A stretch of 61,738 nt of DNA, counting the filler, from Bipalium vagum (Eukaryota), in assembly GCA_037834085.1 (NCBI GenBank). It is 3 parts of 3 records of this genome, joined end to end, with 100 filler letters (N's around TTAATTAATTAA, not from the genome) between each part and the next. Parts side by side here need not be neighbours in the genome. Positions count along the whole stretch, not along the records: positions 1 to 23,619 come from JBBMKC010207265.1; 2 more parts are not named here. The stretch is one strand, 5' to 3'. The notes below the pieces were generated by a model that saw only the letters and a list, made by a program, of their open reading frames with translations, was not told the DNA's origin and ran no database searches. Shown piece after piece: positions 1 to 11,900 of this stretch. Position 1 is the first letter of the stretch; each line of letters starts with the position of its first letter. A program made the translations under genes and the position numbers.

Positions 1-3000
1 ATTAATACGTGCCGCAAGTGATACTTATTGACCTAAAATTAAGACACATTTAAGGACGAAAAAATATATTAATAACTTTTAATATGTCGGACATATTTTT
101 AATTAAAGTGCGTTAAAAATAGTATTAAAACAAATATATATGATTACTTAAACATCTTATCTTAATAAATGACATTATCATTTATAAAAACGTCACTTTC
201 AACTTGTACATCTAATATTATTTTCGTTGATTGTTCTTAATGAATATTTAACAAAATATTAAAAATAGAAACTTAATGGTACTTAGAATAGAACTTAATT
301 ATTGGATTTTATTTTAAATACTTTTGCTTACTTAATTATTTTTGAACTATTATTATAGCTCATTATAATTAATACCTTTTATAAATAATGGAGAATGAAA
401 ATAAGATAAAAAAGAAATATCATGTTATTAAAGAAATTTAAATTTTACATCAATCAAGGCTGCGTGGCTAGTAATAAATAGAAATAAGTTAATCAGAAAA
501 TGTAATTCCATTAAGTAATGAAATTGTTTGAAAGAATTGTTTTGCTAAGTCAGTACAATCAATTTTCAAAATGTTGATGATCATATTGAATGTTTCTCTG
601 AAGAATTGATCTGGAGTTCTGTGAATTGTGCAGAATATTAACATGGTTTTAATTAAAGTCGATATTGATTTAGTGGGCAGAGGAAAATGGTCATATTAAA
701 TGAGGGGATCACTGTCGAGTATGGTTAATAAATTTGTTTTTTAGTCAGGAATTATAATTCATAAATTTTTTTGTCATATTCATCTCTATGTAAACTGTAA
801 GCTTACTTTTGTTGTTACCAAAAATAGAGCAGAACGTGAAAGCATTATAAATGTAGAGGCTCCAAAAGTCTCAGAAAAGGCAATGAATTTTTTTGGATTT
901 AAACAAAGTAATTATATTTCTGATTCAATGAATAAAACAGTTATATTTTGAACATTTTGATCATTTTTATGTTTATATAGTTTGCATATGTTGAGGAAGA
1001 ATTTCAAAAATGAAGTTAAAATGATAAAAAAATCAATTATTATTATTACTCAAATAAAAATATGACAAAAAATAAAGTATCAATTGAAAGTTACTAAAAA
1101 TAAATCAGCAGTAAAAATGAATACATGAAAAATATTTTCAAAAATATATTAAGAAAAAAAACTAACCTGAGTACTAGCAGGAATTTTTCACTTGGAATTA
1201 AAGTTACATTCTATTGACATTTCAAAAGGTGCCTCAGTGGATTTGTTCGGAGACCATATAGAGTTTTGCTTAGATAAGGATATAGCCATTTGTAAGTAGT
1301 TAATAAATCAAGTTTGGTTAATCACATTTAGCAAAATTAACTTCTGAATTTTAGACTAAAATCTGTGGATCTCACAATTTTATCAAGGTAAAGGAATTGA
1401 TTGTCTAATCTGCTTATATTTTCTAAATTCTTACGAAATTGAACCGTGAACTTTACAAAGGGATTAATAATCTTGATTAAATTTGGAAGAATTATGATTT
1501 ATATATTGCTACAATATTTTAAAATCGAAAGGTGCAATTGTAGACTAAACTTTCCTATGAATAATCTAACTTCAGAAATTTTATCTTATTACTGTGAATC
1601 AAAATAATCACAATAAACTTTATTTCACTAAACGCTATTAAAAATCGTCCACAAAAATCAATCATACAAAATAAAACCAAGTCAATGTAATGTTAATCAA
1701 GTAACCGGTCAATATAAAATAGTCAATATGAAATCACACAGATTGCAGTAAATAATGTAAAAATATGTTCAAATTGATTAAAATTAAAAAATCACAAAAA
1801 GAAAATTAAAAATTAAGATGATAATAAAAAATGACAGTCTCACCGGAACAGACAACAGGTTCCCTGTCGTCCAGTATGCCCTTTTCGGTCGTTTAGATAT
1901 TCCCTAACTCGACGAGCCCCATTGAAAAATCTTATTGCATTATGTTGTCTATAAGAAATAATGGGTTGTAAGAAAATTCGTGCGATTTTTAATATTGGAA
2001 TTTGTTTATTATTTGTTTCGGTCGCTGTAGAATTCCTTGAATTTGGATCATAATAAATATTCACATCTGAATATCGATTACAATTTACATCACCGTTGTT
2101 CTGCACTAGCATAAACCTATTTAAAATTTGCGTTCCGTCATTTATATTAGCCCTTAATGTTATCAATATTGAAAAATTAATCTTATGACATTGAAAAATT
2201 AAATTAAGATATTATTGAGGAAAGTTTGAGAAAAATCTTGATTAATTGAACCAACTGAAAAAGTCAAGAAATGTAAAATTTCAGTAGACTTACTCTTAAG
2301 TTTTTAGAAAGCTTAAATTATTCTAAAAATTTTTGAATGCTCTTCAAAAATGGTTGGCATATTTTGTAATGGTACCTCAATAACAATTTTTAGACAAAAT
2401 TCTGGTTTAAAGATTCACGTTCAAAGTGCGATCCCTTCCTTATTTTATCTTAATGAAAAATGCATTTTCTCATGCAATGTTTGTATTTGACTTCTGTGTG
2501 ATTTTTTTTATTATATAATAATTTAAAATACAAAAAGTATAAATATTAAAATATTAAAAAATTAAATATTAAAATATAAATATTAAAGTATAAATATTCT
2601 AAAAATGGAACTAATTTCATTTGCAATAAATCACATTTTTTTAACGGTGCGAAAAATCTTAAACAATTAAATTAAAATGCTGACATCGAAATTTATTATG
2701 TTAAATTAATAAATAATTTTATAATTTCATTAGAAAACTTGATTGATTGTAATTCTGACGTCATTCAAGCGTTGATCCTACTCATTCTGTAAATGAAATT
2801 AAAATACGCATTCTGTAAGAAATCTACTTAATTGTGATTGGTGAACGCTATCTATATTTTTGTTATTATTCGGAAGGTTTGCTTTCGAATAGGAACCTCT
2901 TTTGTCAGGATAAGATCAAGATTGAAAATTTTAAAAAATCTTAAATTTTTATTGAATACTTTTTATTTAGATATAAAATTCCGCTTGTATGAAACGTGTT

Positions 3001-4914
3001 ATTATCAGGATGTTATCTTTTGTTCATAAAGAAAGAAATTGGCAAAATGAAAAGTACTTTTGAGCAGTAAAATTAAAAATTAAATAACATCAATAACGTC
3101 TACTTATTTATTATTTATTAATATTAGGTTGTGTCATGAAATATCTATTTTTAGTATTCATTCTGTTGAAAATGTTTTACAATCTTAGAGAAAAGCTGCA
3201 GAAATAAATTATACGGTATTTCCAATATCCTCATATTAAAATATGTGGTATTTTCATATTTATTTATTATTTTATATTTATTTTTTTTATTTATTTAAAT
3301 CAAACCAATTTTTAGAAAATATTAGGAATAGTGCACAAACTGACAAACAAGGAAATTCACACAAGCTACTTATTCGAATGAAAGTTACGACACACAACTT
3401 CTGAAGTTGTTGAGAACATTATGTTAAAATTCAGAAAAAGTGTGGATAACTAGCGTATCTTCAGGTGGTACTTGAAATTTACGCAAACTAACGAAAGTCA
3501 ATGAAAAATAGGCAGCAATAAACCCAGATATCATTGAAGATGCACATCTATTGACAGTTAAATTAAATTCAAGTCAAACGGGATCTTAATAAAACATTCA
3601 TTGTTACTCCAAATATATTTGCAATAAATTTGAAAGCGTTTAGTAAGGCTAAAAAGACTCAACTACATATATTAGAGTTTTTTGAAACTGTTAGCCATTG
3701 CAACTACTTGGTTTTCAATCATAAATGCGAAAATATAACAATTTGAATTTCACGAAATCTATTGATTTACAAAATTAAAACAAAGAACTAATTTAATTAT
3801 ATTGAATTATATAATTAATTTCTTATATCCCCATTTTGAGAAATTTCTTCACCTTTACACATTTTTATCGATTCATTTATCTGAAGAGTTCCACCAAACC
3901 CAACAATGACAACATCAAATACAACGACAAACTCGAAAAAGAGGCCGATGGAATAACAATTGATTTTGACTAATATAACATAAACCTTTTTGTTATTTAA
4001 TAACAAACATTTATAATGTGTTTTTGATGCATGAAATATGTATATGTAGTAATCTGTAATCTTTTTTAAACCTTTGTGATCACATTTTTCTTAATTCATG
4101 AAACATTTTAATTCTTTATATGACATGAAAATAATAAATAAAATAATAATAAATTTTTTATTCTTCGTAATAAATTCATAAAATATTAATAAAATGGAAA
4201 AAAAGCATATTTACCAAAAATAAATAGAAATAAAACATACTTGCCTAAAATAAATATTCATTAACAATATTAGGAAAATCGCGATAAAATTAGCAAAATA
4301 TATTTGACCAATCAGGAACTTCAAAGGCTGAAAATAGGACTATATAAACCCCTGTTTTCAGTCATAAAATCAAACAAAAATATAAAGTTAAGACAAGACT
4401 CTTATACTATAATACTAGGTAACGAGCATTCTTTGTTTTTAAGGCATAAAAGGCGAATTAAATCAACAGTTAATAATAATAAGGCAATAAAATAATAAAA
4501 CTAATAATTAATATAAAAATCAATTTAATTAATTGTCGATTCTTTTACATATTTTCTATTTTCTTGTTCACTTATACACTCTGCTCTGCTAACCTCTAGA
4601 GTTTAGAGTAAGACTTTTAATACTAACAAAGGAACTCTTCGATTTTTCGATAATCAAGAGTGATCATAATAATTTTTCTAAATAATAATAATTTAATAAT
4701 AAAGTGTCTTGGTGCTTTATTCAAAAGATTTGTAAATAAATTTGTGATAAAAGAAATACATATTTTCAAACGGAAATTGTTACTTTGGTTTCTTCTTTCA
4801 AAATTTCCTATTAATTTCACTTCCTTCAAAGAAGTTGGTGAGCTACATTAACTTACAACTTGATAGAACAAATAAGTCCAGGCTATATAAACCACAACAT
4901 ATCTAACTGATCTA

Positions 4915-5100
4915 TTAATTCATATCTTCTATCGTGAATATAACAAATGACTTCATATATCGATCTTGTTCCTTATTCCTGTTCTCTACTTTTATCAAGA
5001 CTTTGTCTTTCACCACATATGCTCTGGTCGTTGTGACTTTGGTTTTAAGATTTTGCTCCAATTCACATGGATTTCGCTCGAAACACTAAATTGTAATATC
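4915..5100 (-). mobile_element. Decayed LTR-retrotransposon integrase C-terminal remnant
   Basis: YVVKDKVLIKVENRNKEQDRYMKSFVI resembles the VGDxVLVK...KLxxRYxGPF tail of Ty3/Gypsy integrases. Short and degraded. Confidence 0.35.
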
Positions 5101-6096
5101 ACTATGTTTTCTAAAATATTCATCACCGTTGTCTCATTCTGACGACATATTTCTGAAAGCAGATATATTGCAGATTAAGTTCTTCTTCAAATTAAAAAAA
5201 TTTGTCATTTCGATCATAAATCCTATTGTAAGAATCATTTTGTACAGTTATATTAAAATAAAAATTTGAAATTTTTTTTTAGTTATTTACTTAAAAGAAT
5301 TTGACAATATTTAAAATTCTTTTTAATTGTATTGGTAAACTACCTTCACATATACATTAAAGGAGTCAGAAATATTACTCCACCATCTCAAAACTTAACT
5401 GCTCGTTCAAAGTGAAAAATAGATTGAAAACAATTTTTTGGGAAACGTTGTTCAAAGACTAGTTTATCACACTACATAAAAGTCTTTATTTATTTATTTT
5501 TACTTATTTTTTATATTTTGATAAAAATAGTAAATATTTATAAAATTAAATAAAAATATTAACATTTTTCATATTTTCTATATTTTTTATATTTTTGTTT
5601 CATAATTTTTACTTTTTTATATTTTTTATAAAAAATAGGGTGAAGAAAAAATATAACAAAAATTTATAAAAATTCAAAAGTAAAGTCAAATTATTTTCTA
5701 TAAAATGAAAAATCAAACATCAAAACGTCGATTAAATCTAAATAATCTTACTGAAGAAGAAATCACAAAAAAACGAATAATTTTTCTCAAAACAAATATT
5801 ATGAGATATTTATTAATATTAAAAATAATAATATTATTCGAAAAGATTTATATCAATATAAAAAAGATATAGAATATTTAATAAAAGTTGTAAATAAGGT
5901 TGAGTATAAACAAGACTTAGAAAAAGAATAACGGAAAATGTGAAAAATATAGTGAAATTAAGATTTTAGGGTTCTATCGTCAAAGACTGATTTATCATAC
6001 TACTAATAAGTAATATAAATATTAAGTAAACATAAAAAGAAAATTTATTCCAAATATTTTTCATCGGTAATATCAACTGTTAGTTGAAAATTATTC

Positions 6097-6167
6097 GGAG
6101 ATTTTGGATTCAAACTATCGACCTTTCACATAAGCATCGACTGCTCTGACCGCTGAGCTACATCCCC
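6097..6167 (-). pseudogene. tRNA-Ala-like Pol III sequence (A box, degenerate B box) inside the 3' LTR; not a functional tRNA
   Basis: GGGGATGTAGCTCAGCGGTCAGAGCAGTCGATGCTTATGTGAAAGGTCGATAGTTTGAATCCAAAATCTCC: tRNA-Ala-type acceptor and D arm and GTTYGAATCC box; anticodon arm and T stem degraded. Confidence 0.7.
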
Positions 6168-6319
6168 TCCTTTAAGGCTGACCGGCCCTTAACCGCCCCA
6201 AGTCTCTTATTTATATTTCCTTTCCTTTACTTTTCACTTTCGAGACATCGTCTGCTTGTTGGTGTCCTCGTGTGGTAGTCATGTCAGTTGAAAATTATTC
6301 TGAGATATTGGGATTCGAA

Positions 6320-8040
6320 AGTACAAAATTTTATTTAAAAATCAAATTGCTTCTTTCACGAACTTAATCGTTTACACCCAAATGTGCGGCTATTATGGCT
6401 TTGCTTCATCTTATTTTTGGACAGATCATCATCGCAATCATCGACATTTTCAGCAGCATCATCAGACTACTATTGATTTTGGTCGTCATTGAGATTTTCA
6501 TTTTCAATTTCGTGGAGCTCTGAGAAATTTACTGATTGTTTTCCAGCATCTTTGTGAAATTTCTATTGCGCAGTACTACACTTAATATTAGACACCACGC
6601 AGAATTTTCCTATTTTGGTTATTTGGCATTTAGGAAATTGGAGACTTCTCAGAATTTCCTCATTTCGCTTTTGGTCACAAGGCAACCGACTGCAAACGAG
6701 TCTAACAGAACAGTCCAATCTGGCAGGGCTTTCTTGGTCTGGTCGAGAAGATCTTGGTAGTGGATGAGATTCTTCTCGTGGTTCCAGTAGATGTTTTCCT
6801 CTGTATCATACGGATATTTGATTTCACTAAGATACAGGACTTTGCGATCCGTGAACTCAAATTGAAGGTCAACACGATTTGTGGAATTGACGTATTGACT
6901 TTCAGCGTTTACAAAGACTTTGGCCTTTGAATTCTCTTTAATTTGTCTGGCCAGATAGTCTTGGATCGAATTATGCCGGTAGTTTTGAAATATTGTGGAT
7001 GGAATGCAATCAACAAGAACATGAGACAATGTCTCTTCTTGCTCATTGCATCTTCGGCATCCACGGAATTTTGAGCCATGACGAGTATTGATCTGAATTG
7101 AATATAACCTAGCTCGATGAATGAAATATCAAGCTGGAATTGATATTTCGCCATTAAAGATTGGAGTAGTTGATAATTTTGATTGGCCGATTTCCGATGC
7201 AAAGCGACTTGCACTTACTTGACTGTTCCAGCTGTGATTCCAAGCATGATTGATTAGATTGTGCAGCTTTTGCACCAATTGGCTTCACAATTGCTTCATT
7301 TTGATAACTTGGGTTCAAATGTTGAAAGAGTTTTATGCATATTCCATATGCATTGCGCTCGAATTTGACATTGATCTTTGTCTGGACTCCATTTGGTTGA
7401 ATGCAGATCGAGTCTTCGTCCACCAACAATTTTGAAGACATTGAATGTCACCATGATTAAGCCATTCAAAAGCTTGATCGAGTGAAACCTGGTTGAACAG
7501 ACCAGGTTTGAGGCTGCACCAATTAAAGATGAGATTGCCATATCTCCAATAATTTTATCTGGTGAGTTAAAGAGCTGAAATACATTTGCAATTGACTGTA
7601 ATATTTGTCAACTACAGATATAATACCAACAGCACCAAAACACTGCAGTATACATGTATTTAATGAAAGAATGACAAAGTATACTTTTCAAGAGACGTCG
7701 AATATTTGGTTCAATCGCATTGACACCTTACGTCATCTCGATGAACGTTATGTAATTATTCCGAAAACCCAAAATCATTCGCGATTGAATAAGTGTGATA
7801 GACATTCTGTTTTTGCCATGGGTAAAGAATGATTTCGGAAATAATTCGTAACTATTCGATGTCAGCAAATAACGATCGAGGTGGTGAATGAAGATTTTCA
7901 CAAGTCAACACCCAAATATCGATATGTCTCATCAATGTGAAATTGACGAATCACCAATTTTCAAAGGATATGCGTTTTGAACTTGTGGAACACGAACAAT
8001 AGCACACTTTGAAGGCCGAAATCTCAAATGGAGCCAAGAT
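6320..8040 (-). mobile_element. 5'-truncated, decayed non-LTR retrotransposon with restriction-like endonuclease (NeSL/R4-group-like)
   Basis: RT C-terminal motifs WLHLRFRPSKCA and ETYRYLGV near 8035-7910; YFIHRARL; CCHC knuckle CRRC..ETLSHVLVDC; RHN; RLE motif RVDL...EIKYPYD...YQDL...VGCL. AATAAA lies ~10 nt from the 3' end at ~6330. Multiple stops and frameshifts. Confidence 0.88.
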
Positions 8041-8134
8041 GACCTTTCATATGCGCATGGAATGCTCTGAACGCTGAGCTACATCCCCCGACTGTTTTCA
8101 AATTATCTCACAATAACTTTAGCATATTTTAACA

Positions 8135-8472
8135 GGAAGGTAGTGAATTCCTCAATAAAAGAAATCAGTATCTTTGGTGGCTGTCCAATCAGTGATCCAT
8201 TTTTCAGGTTTGGAAGCGCTTCTCTAAAAGTGAGTGTGCCATCGACCGAATCAGATGTTAGTCAGGTGGGGCGCAATCTAGCGAATAGCAGCATAAAAAC
8301 AATTCAAAAGTTTCCTGGAATCGTTTTTTGACGTGGCCGAGCGTTGTCATGAAGCAAAATTACCTTATGCTATCTTTTCTAATATTCTTATCTTTTTTCG
8401 CGTAATACCTGGCTGAGACGTAGTAACTGTTCTCGGTAACACTCCCCGGAACCGTTTCACCTAGATTTAGCG
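8135..8472 (-). mobile_element. mariner (Mos1-like) transposase fragment, interrupted at 8135
   Basis: LNLGETV..YREQLLRLSQVLREKR..HKVILLHDNARP; YSLDCAPPD*HLIRSMAHSLLEKRF; KKWITDWTATKDTDFFY*GIHYLP. The last codons (VDITDEKYLE*) appear to resume at 6045-6077. Confidence 0.8.
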
Positions 8473-8988
8473 AATCACAAGATCGCAAATTGTTTTTCTG
8501 CGTTTAGGGTTCTGTAAGAAATTCACTTTTCGTGACACTTAATAATTAGATGTTTTTATTGTGGTTGTTCAAAAATAAAATTTTTATAAATCAGATTGCG
8601 AACACAAAGTTTCGTTAATAATTTCCTAAATATTAACATTACTCAAAACACGTAAAATTAGAAATTTACTATTTTAATTGAAAAATTTCTTGTTTTTTCA
8701 TTTCATTTGAAACAACAATATTTCTTTGGCAGAAAAATAATTACCTGTCTGTTTACTTAAATAAAATTAAAACAAAAGATCCAAACAAACTGGATAAAAT
8801 TATTTTTTGCGACAAGAATAAATCAATACAGAATTTCATAAAATAAAAGGTGTTTAATAATGGGAAACAATGCACTTAACAAATTGTAAAAGAAAAACTC
8901 TTCCAATATAATAATAAGGATTTCCAATTTTTAAATCAATGAATATTAAATTTTAAGTTGAAAGGCCCAATAAGACAAAGGAAAATCA

Positions 8989-11900
8989 CTATTCTTCTTT
9001 AGGTTTTATTAATCCATAATCATCAGCTTCTTTAACCATTGGACAAAATAATGCGCTCTCGATCTTAAATAAAACAAGGAATTAAATCAAAACAATAGAA
9101 AAAATAAGGGGCTTACAATAACTATATATCTACAGATACTTGGCTCAAGGAATGATATCAAAATACCACTCGAGTTGTCCGTGATACATCTAAAATGGCA
9201 AAATTTACAAAAATAGTATCATAAAAACCAATATTTTTTTCAGAGAAAATCGTAACATCCTTATTTTTTAAAGATCAGATCTGCGTTAAAAATAAATAAA
9301 CAGGTGATAATTGTATTTATTATGTTAACAAAAAAGTACAGTCGAAGAGGCAACTTAAATATCACCAAAAACGTGAAAAAATTTTAATTTAAAAAATATT
9401 ATACTTTGATAAATGTATTTAAAAAATGTAGTGATATCTTAAGTATAATTAACAATATTACATTTTACAATCTGTAATGCCAGAAATGGATGAAGCATAA
9501 AAAGATTTATCATAAATGTAACGTAGACGGAGATCAAAAACTGAGATGAATTGTCTCCTAAGTTATCGTACAAATAGAAAAACACCAAAATAAATCAAAA
9601 TAAAGAATTTGATAATGATAATAATTTTTAGAAAGTTCTATGACTAAAGAACAAAACAAGATAATACGAGACCAAATGCCGTCAGTAAGCAACATATTTC
9701 TACAACATAGAATCTAAAGTAGAAAAATTTATTTCATACAAATATGCCTGATAATTTTATTGAAAATGAGTATATATCGATTACATTTTGTTTTTCAACC
9801 TAATATGAATTTTTAAACGCATAAATGAGAGCTTCTAGATCTACTCAGATGTAATCGCCGATAAAATGATACTTTTCTATGAAATTCTTCAGTTTATACA
9901 AATAACAGTTAATATAATTATCAGTATTGATTTCAAGCTATTTGATTTTTGAAATGAATGGTGCTAAGTTACTGACTCTAGAGAGAGCCATCGAATCATT
10001 CATCGTCTCAAAAAATTTCACGTGAATATAAATCTTTCTAATGTGAGAAGTATAGAAACTATCAAAATTTGTTCCAACCAGTCAGAAATTTTCGTAAATT
10101 TTGAACTTTTCGGAATTTCACTCAGCTGCCTATTAGAATACTTTGGTCCTTTCGTGAATTTTCAATATATTTTAAATTAGGTTTGAACAAACCGGAGAAA
10201 AATGCTAAATATGTTAAATCATATCATCGAAATATTCGTTTCTAAAGAACGACTTTGGAAAAGGCAATTGATCAAATTTGCAATTTTTAGCAGTTGAACT
10301 TTGATGAACGATCACTTTTTAATGCTCGATCCACAGGGATATTATTTTTTTATCGTTAAGATAGACACCTGCTCGTGAAATAATTTCACTCAGGAAAATT
10401 TTGATAGTAACAGATTTTGGCCTATATTGAAGCATTTCGAAAATTGTTTCCGGAAATAGTTGTACTTTTCCACCATAAATGAAATCTAGAAATGTATTTG
10501 TCTTCAGTTAACTATTATTTGAATCGATTGACTCAGTTTAAAAAGAATTCCAATTTCCTCAAATTTACCTAATTACCATCAAATAGACTATTAGCAATGA
10601 TAAATCTTTTAAGATGTTACCTGATTTTGAGAACCGTTTCTCGGTTGGCCTTGATTTCATCACAATAGGAACCATCACCAAAGTAATGATGGATTTCTCT
10701 ACGAGAAAAAAATAATATGACATAAAATCAATGAATTATATCATCCAATGATTACAATCTGTCATCGATATTAGCCAATGGTCTCTTGTCAGGATTGATT
10801 TTTAACCATTTTAAATGTTCGATTTCTTTCCACGTCCCAAGTACAACTTCAGACGTTTCAATGTTCATTTCCTGAAAAGCAAGTTGTCGTCATCATCATT
10901 GTTATTTGATTCTGTCGCTATCACTAACTATGTGATATTGAGAGATTTTTCGATTATAACACACTCGGTGTCGCCACCATCCTTCACCGCCGTCAACACA
11001 GAATTTTCCCGATAAAAATTTTTGCAACAAGGCCGTATTCTCAATTGCATTCGATTTTATGGGATATTTCAAATCTTCGTTGGAAATCTGATTTTTGTCA
11101 ACATTGGTTTCGGACTCACGCTTTTCGTTCACATCTTCAGAATTCTGCATTATAGCCGATAATATTCATTTCATAAACTCAATGAAGTATTACCTCTTCG
11201 AGATTATCCAAATTCTGTTTCCCAACGGATTTTATTCGATACACAATTATTTCGTTTTCATTAAAAGCTTCCACCTATAAGAAAACAATGAATGTCCATA
11301 ATTAAGATTACAAATAACAATTGTGGTTTTGTATAAAAATTAGGCAAAATATATGTTCTCTCATTAATTAATAAAAAAATTACAATTTTTTATCATAAGT
11401 GAGAACGATGAAGAAATTCATTGTCATTGATGTTTAATGAAATCGAATATGATCCACGTGGATAATTAAAACGGAACAGATTTCAATCTAAAAATAATGA
11501 ATATATTTTATCTCCAAAATAAGTCTTGTGAATCTTTAAAGTCCATTTTCCAACGATTTCAAGCACTATTTACTTTCTTCATTTACATTGAAACCGGTTT
11601 AGGTTGAACATCATGGAACCAATATTCTACTACTGTTCAAATAAAAAATATTTAACATACGCAATGAAAATTACGAACCATTCCACTAGTACACGCGTTC
11701 CAAAAAAATTAAAAATCATATTTATTTCAAAACATGTATAACTTAAAATGCATTCAACTTGAACAGGTTTGCCTGTTTTACTGAATATCGATTGAAAGAC
11801 GGAACGAGAGATTATTTTTTATTAATGATAATGAATTTTATCGAATTGTACTACTACACATAGTTTACGAACATAGCAAAATCTTATACCACTAGAATCA

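Larger units (their letters stand above)
6078..8134 (-). mobile_element. TRIM-like non-autonomous LTR element with tRNA-Ala-derived LTRs (5' LTR split by a non-LTR insertion)
   Basis: Minus strand: 5' LTR TGTTAAAA...CAACTGACA (8134-8041 plus 6319-6282); PBS-like TGACTACCACACGAGGAC (6281-6264); ~90 nt internal; PPT AAAGGAGGGGA (6173-6163); 3' LTR TGTAGCTCAG...CAACTAACA (6162-6078). The LTR core GGGGATGTAGCTCAGCGGTCAGAGC...CATGTGAAAGGTC...TTCGAATCC is tRNA-Ala-like. No TSD recognisable. Confidence 0.7.

Noticed and set aside
430-1660. Possible RT/Penelope remnant (FVDD-like at ~1650) or exons
   Set aside because: Only a 4-residue motif, frames broken by stops, splice phases do not join.
6097-6167. 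Functional tRNA-Ala gene
   Set aside because: Anticodon arm and T stem do not pair, the three copies differ at the anticodon, and all are embedded in a shared repeat with fixed ends.
9960-10500. Possible DD37E-like transposase 5' remnant
   Set aside because: Similarity too weak to call by eye.
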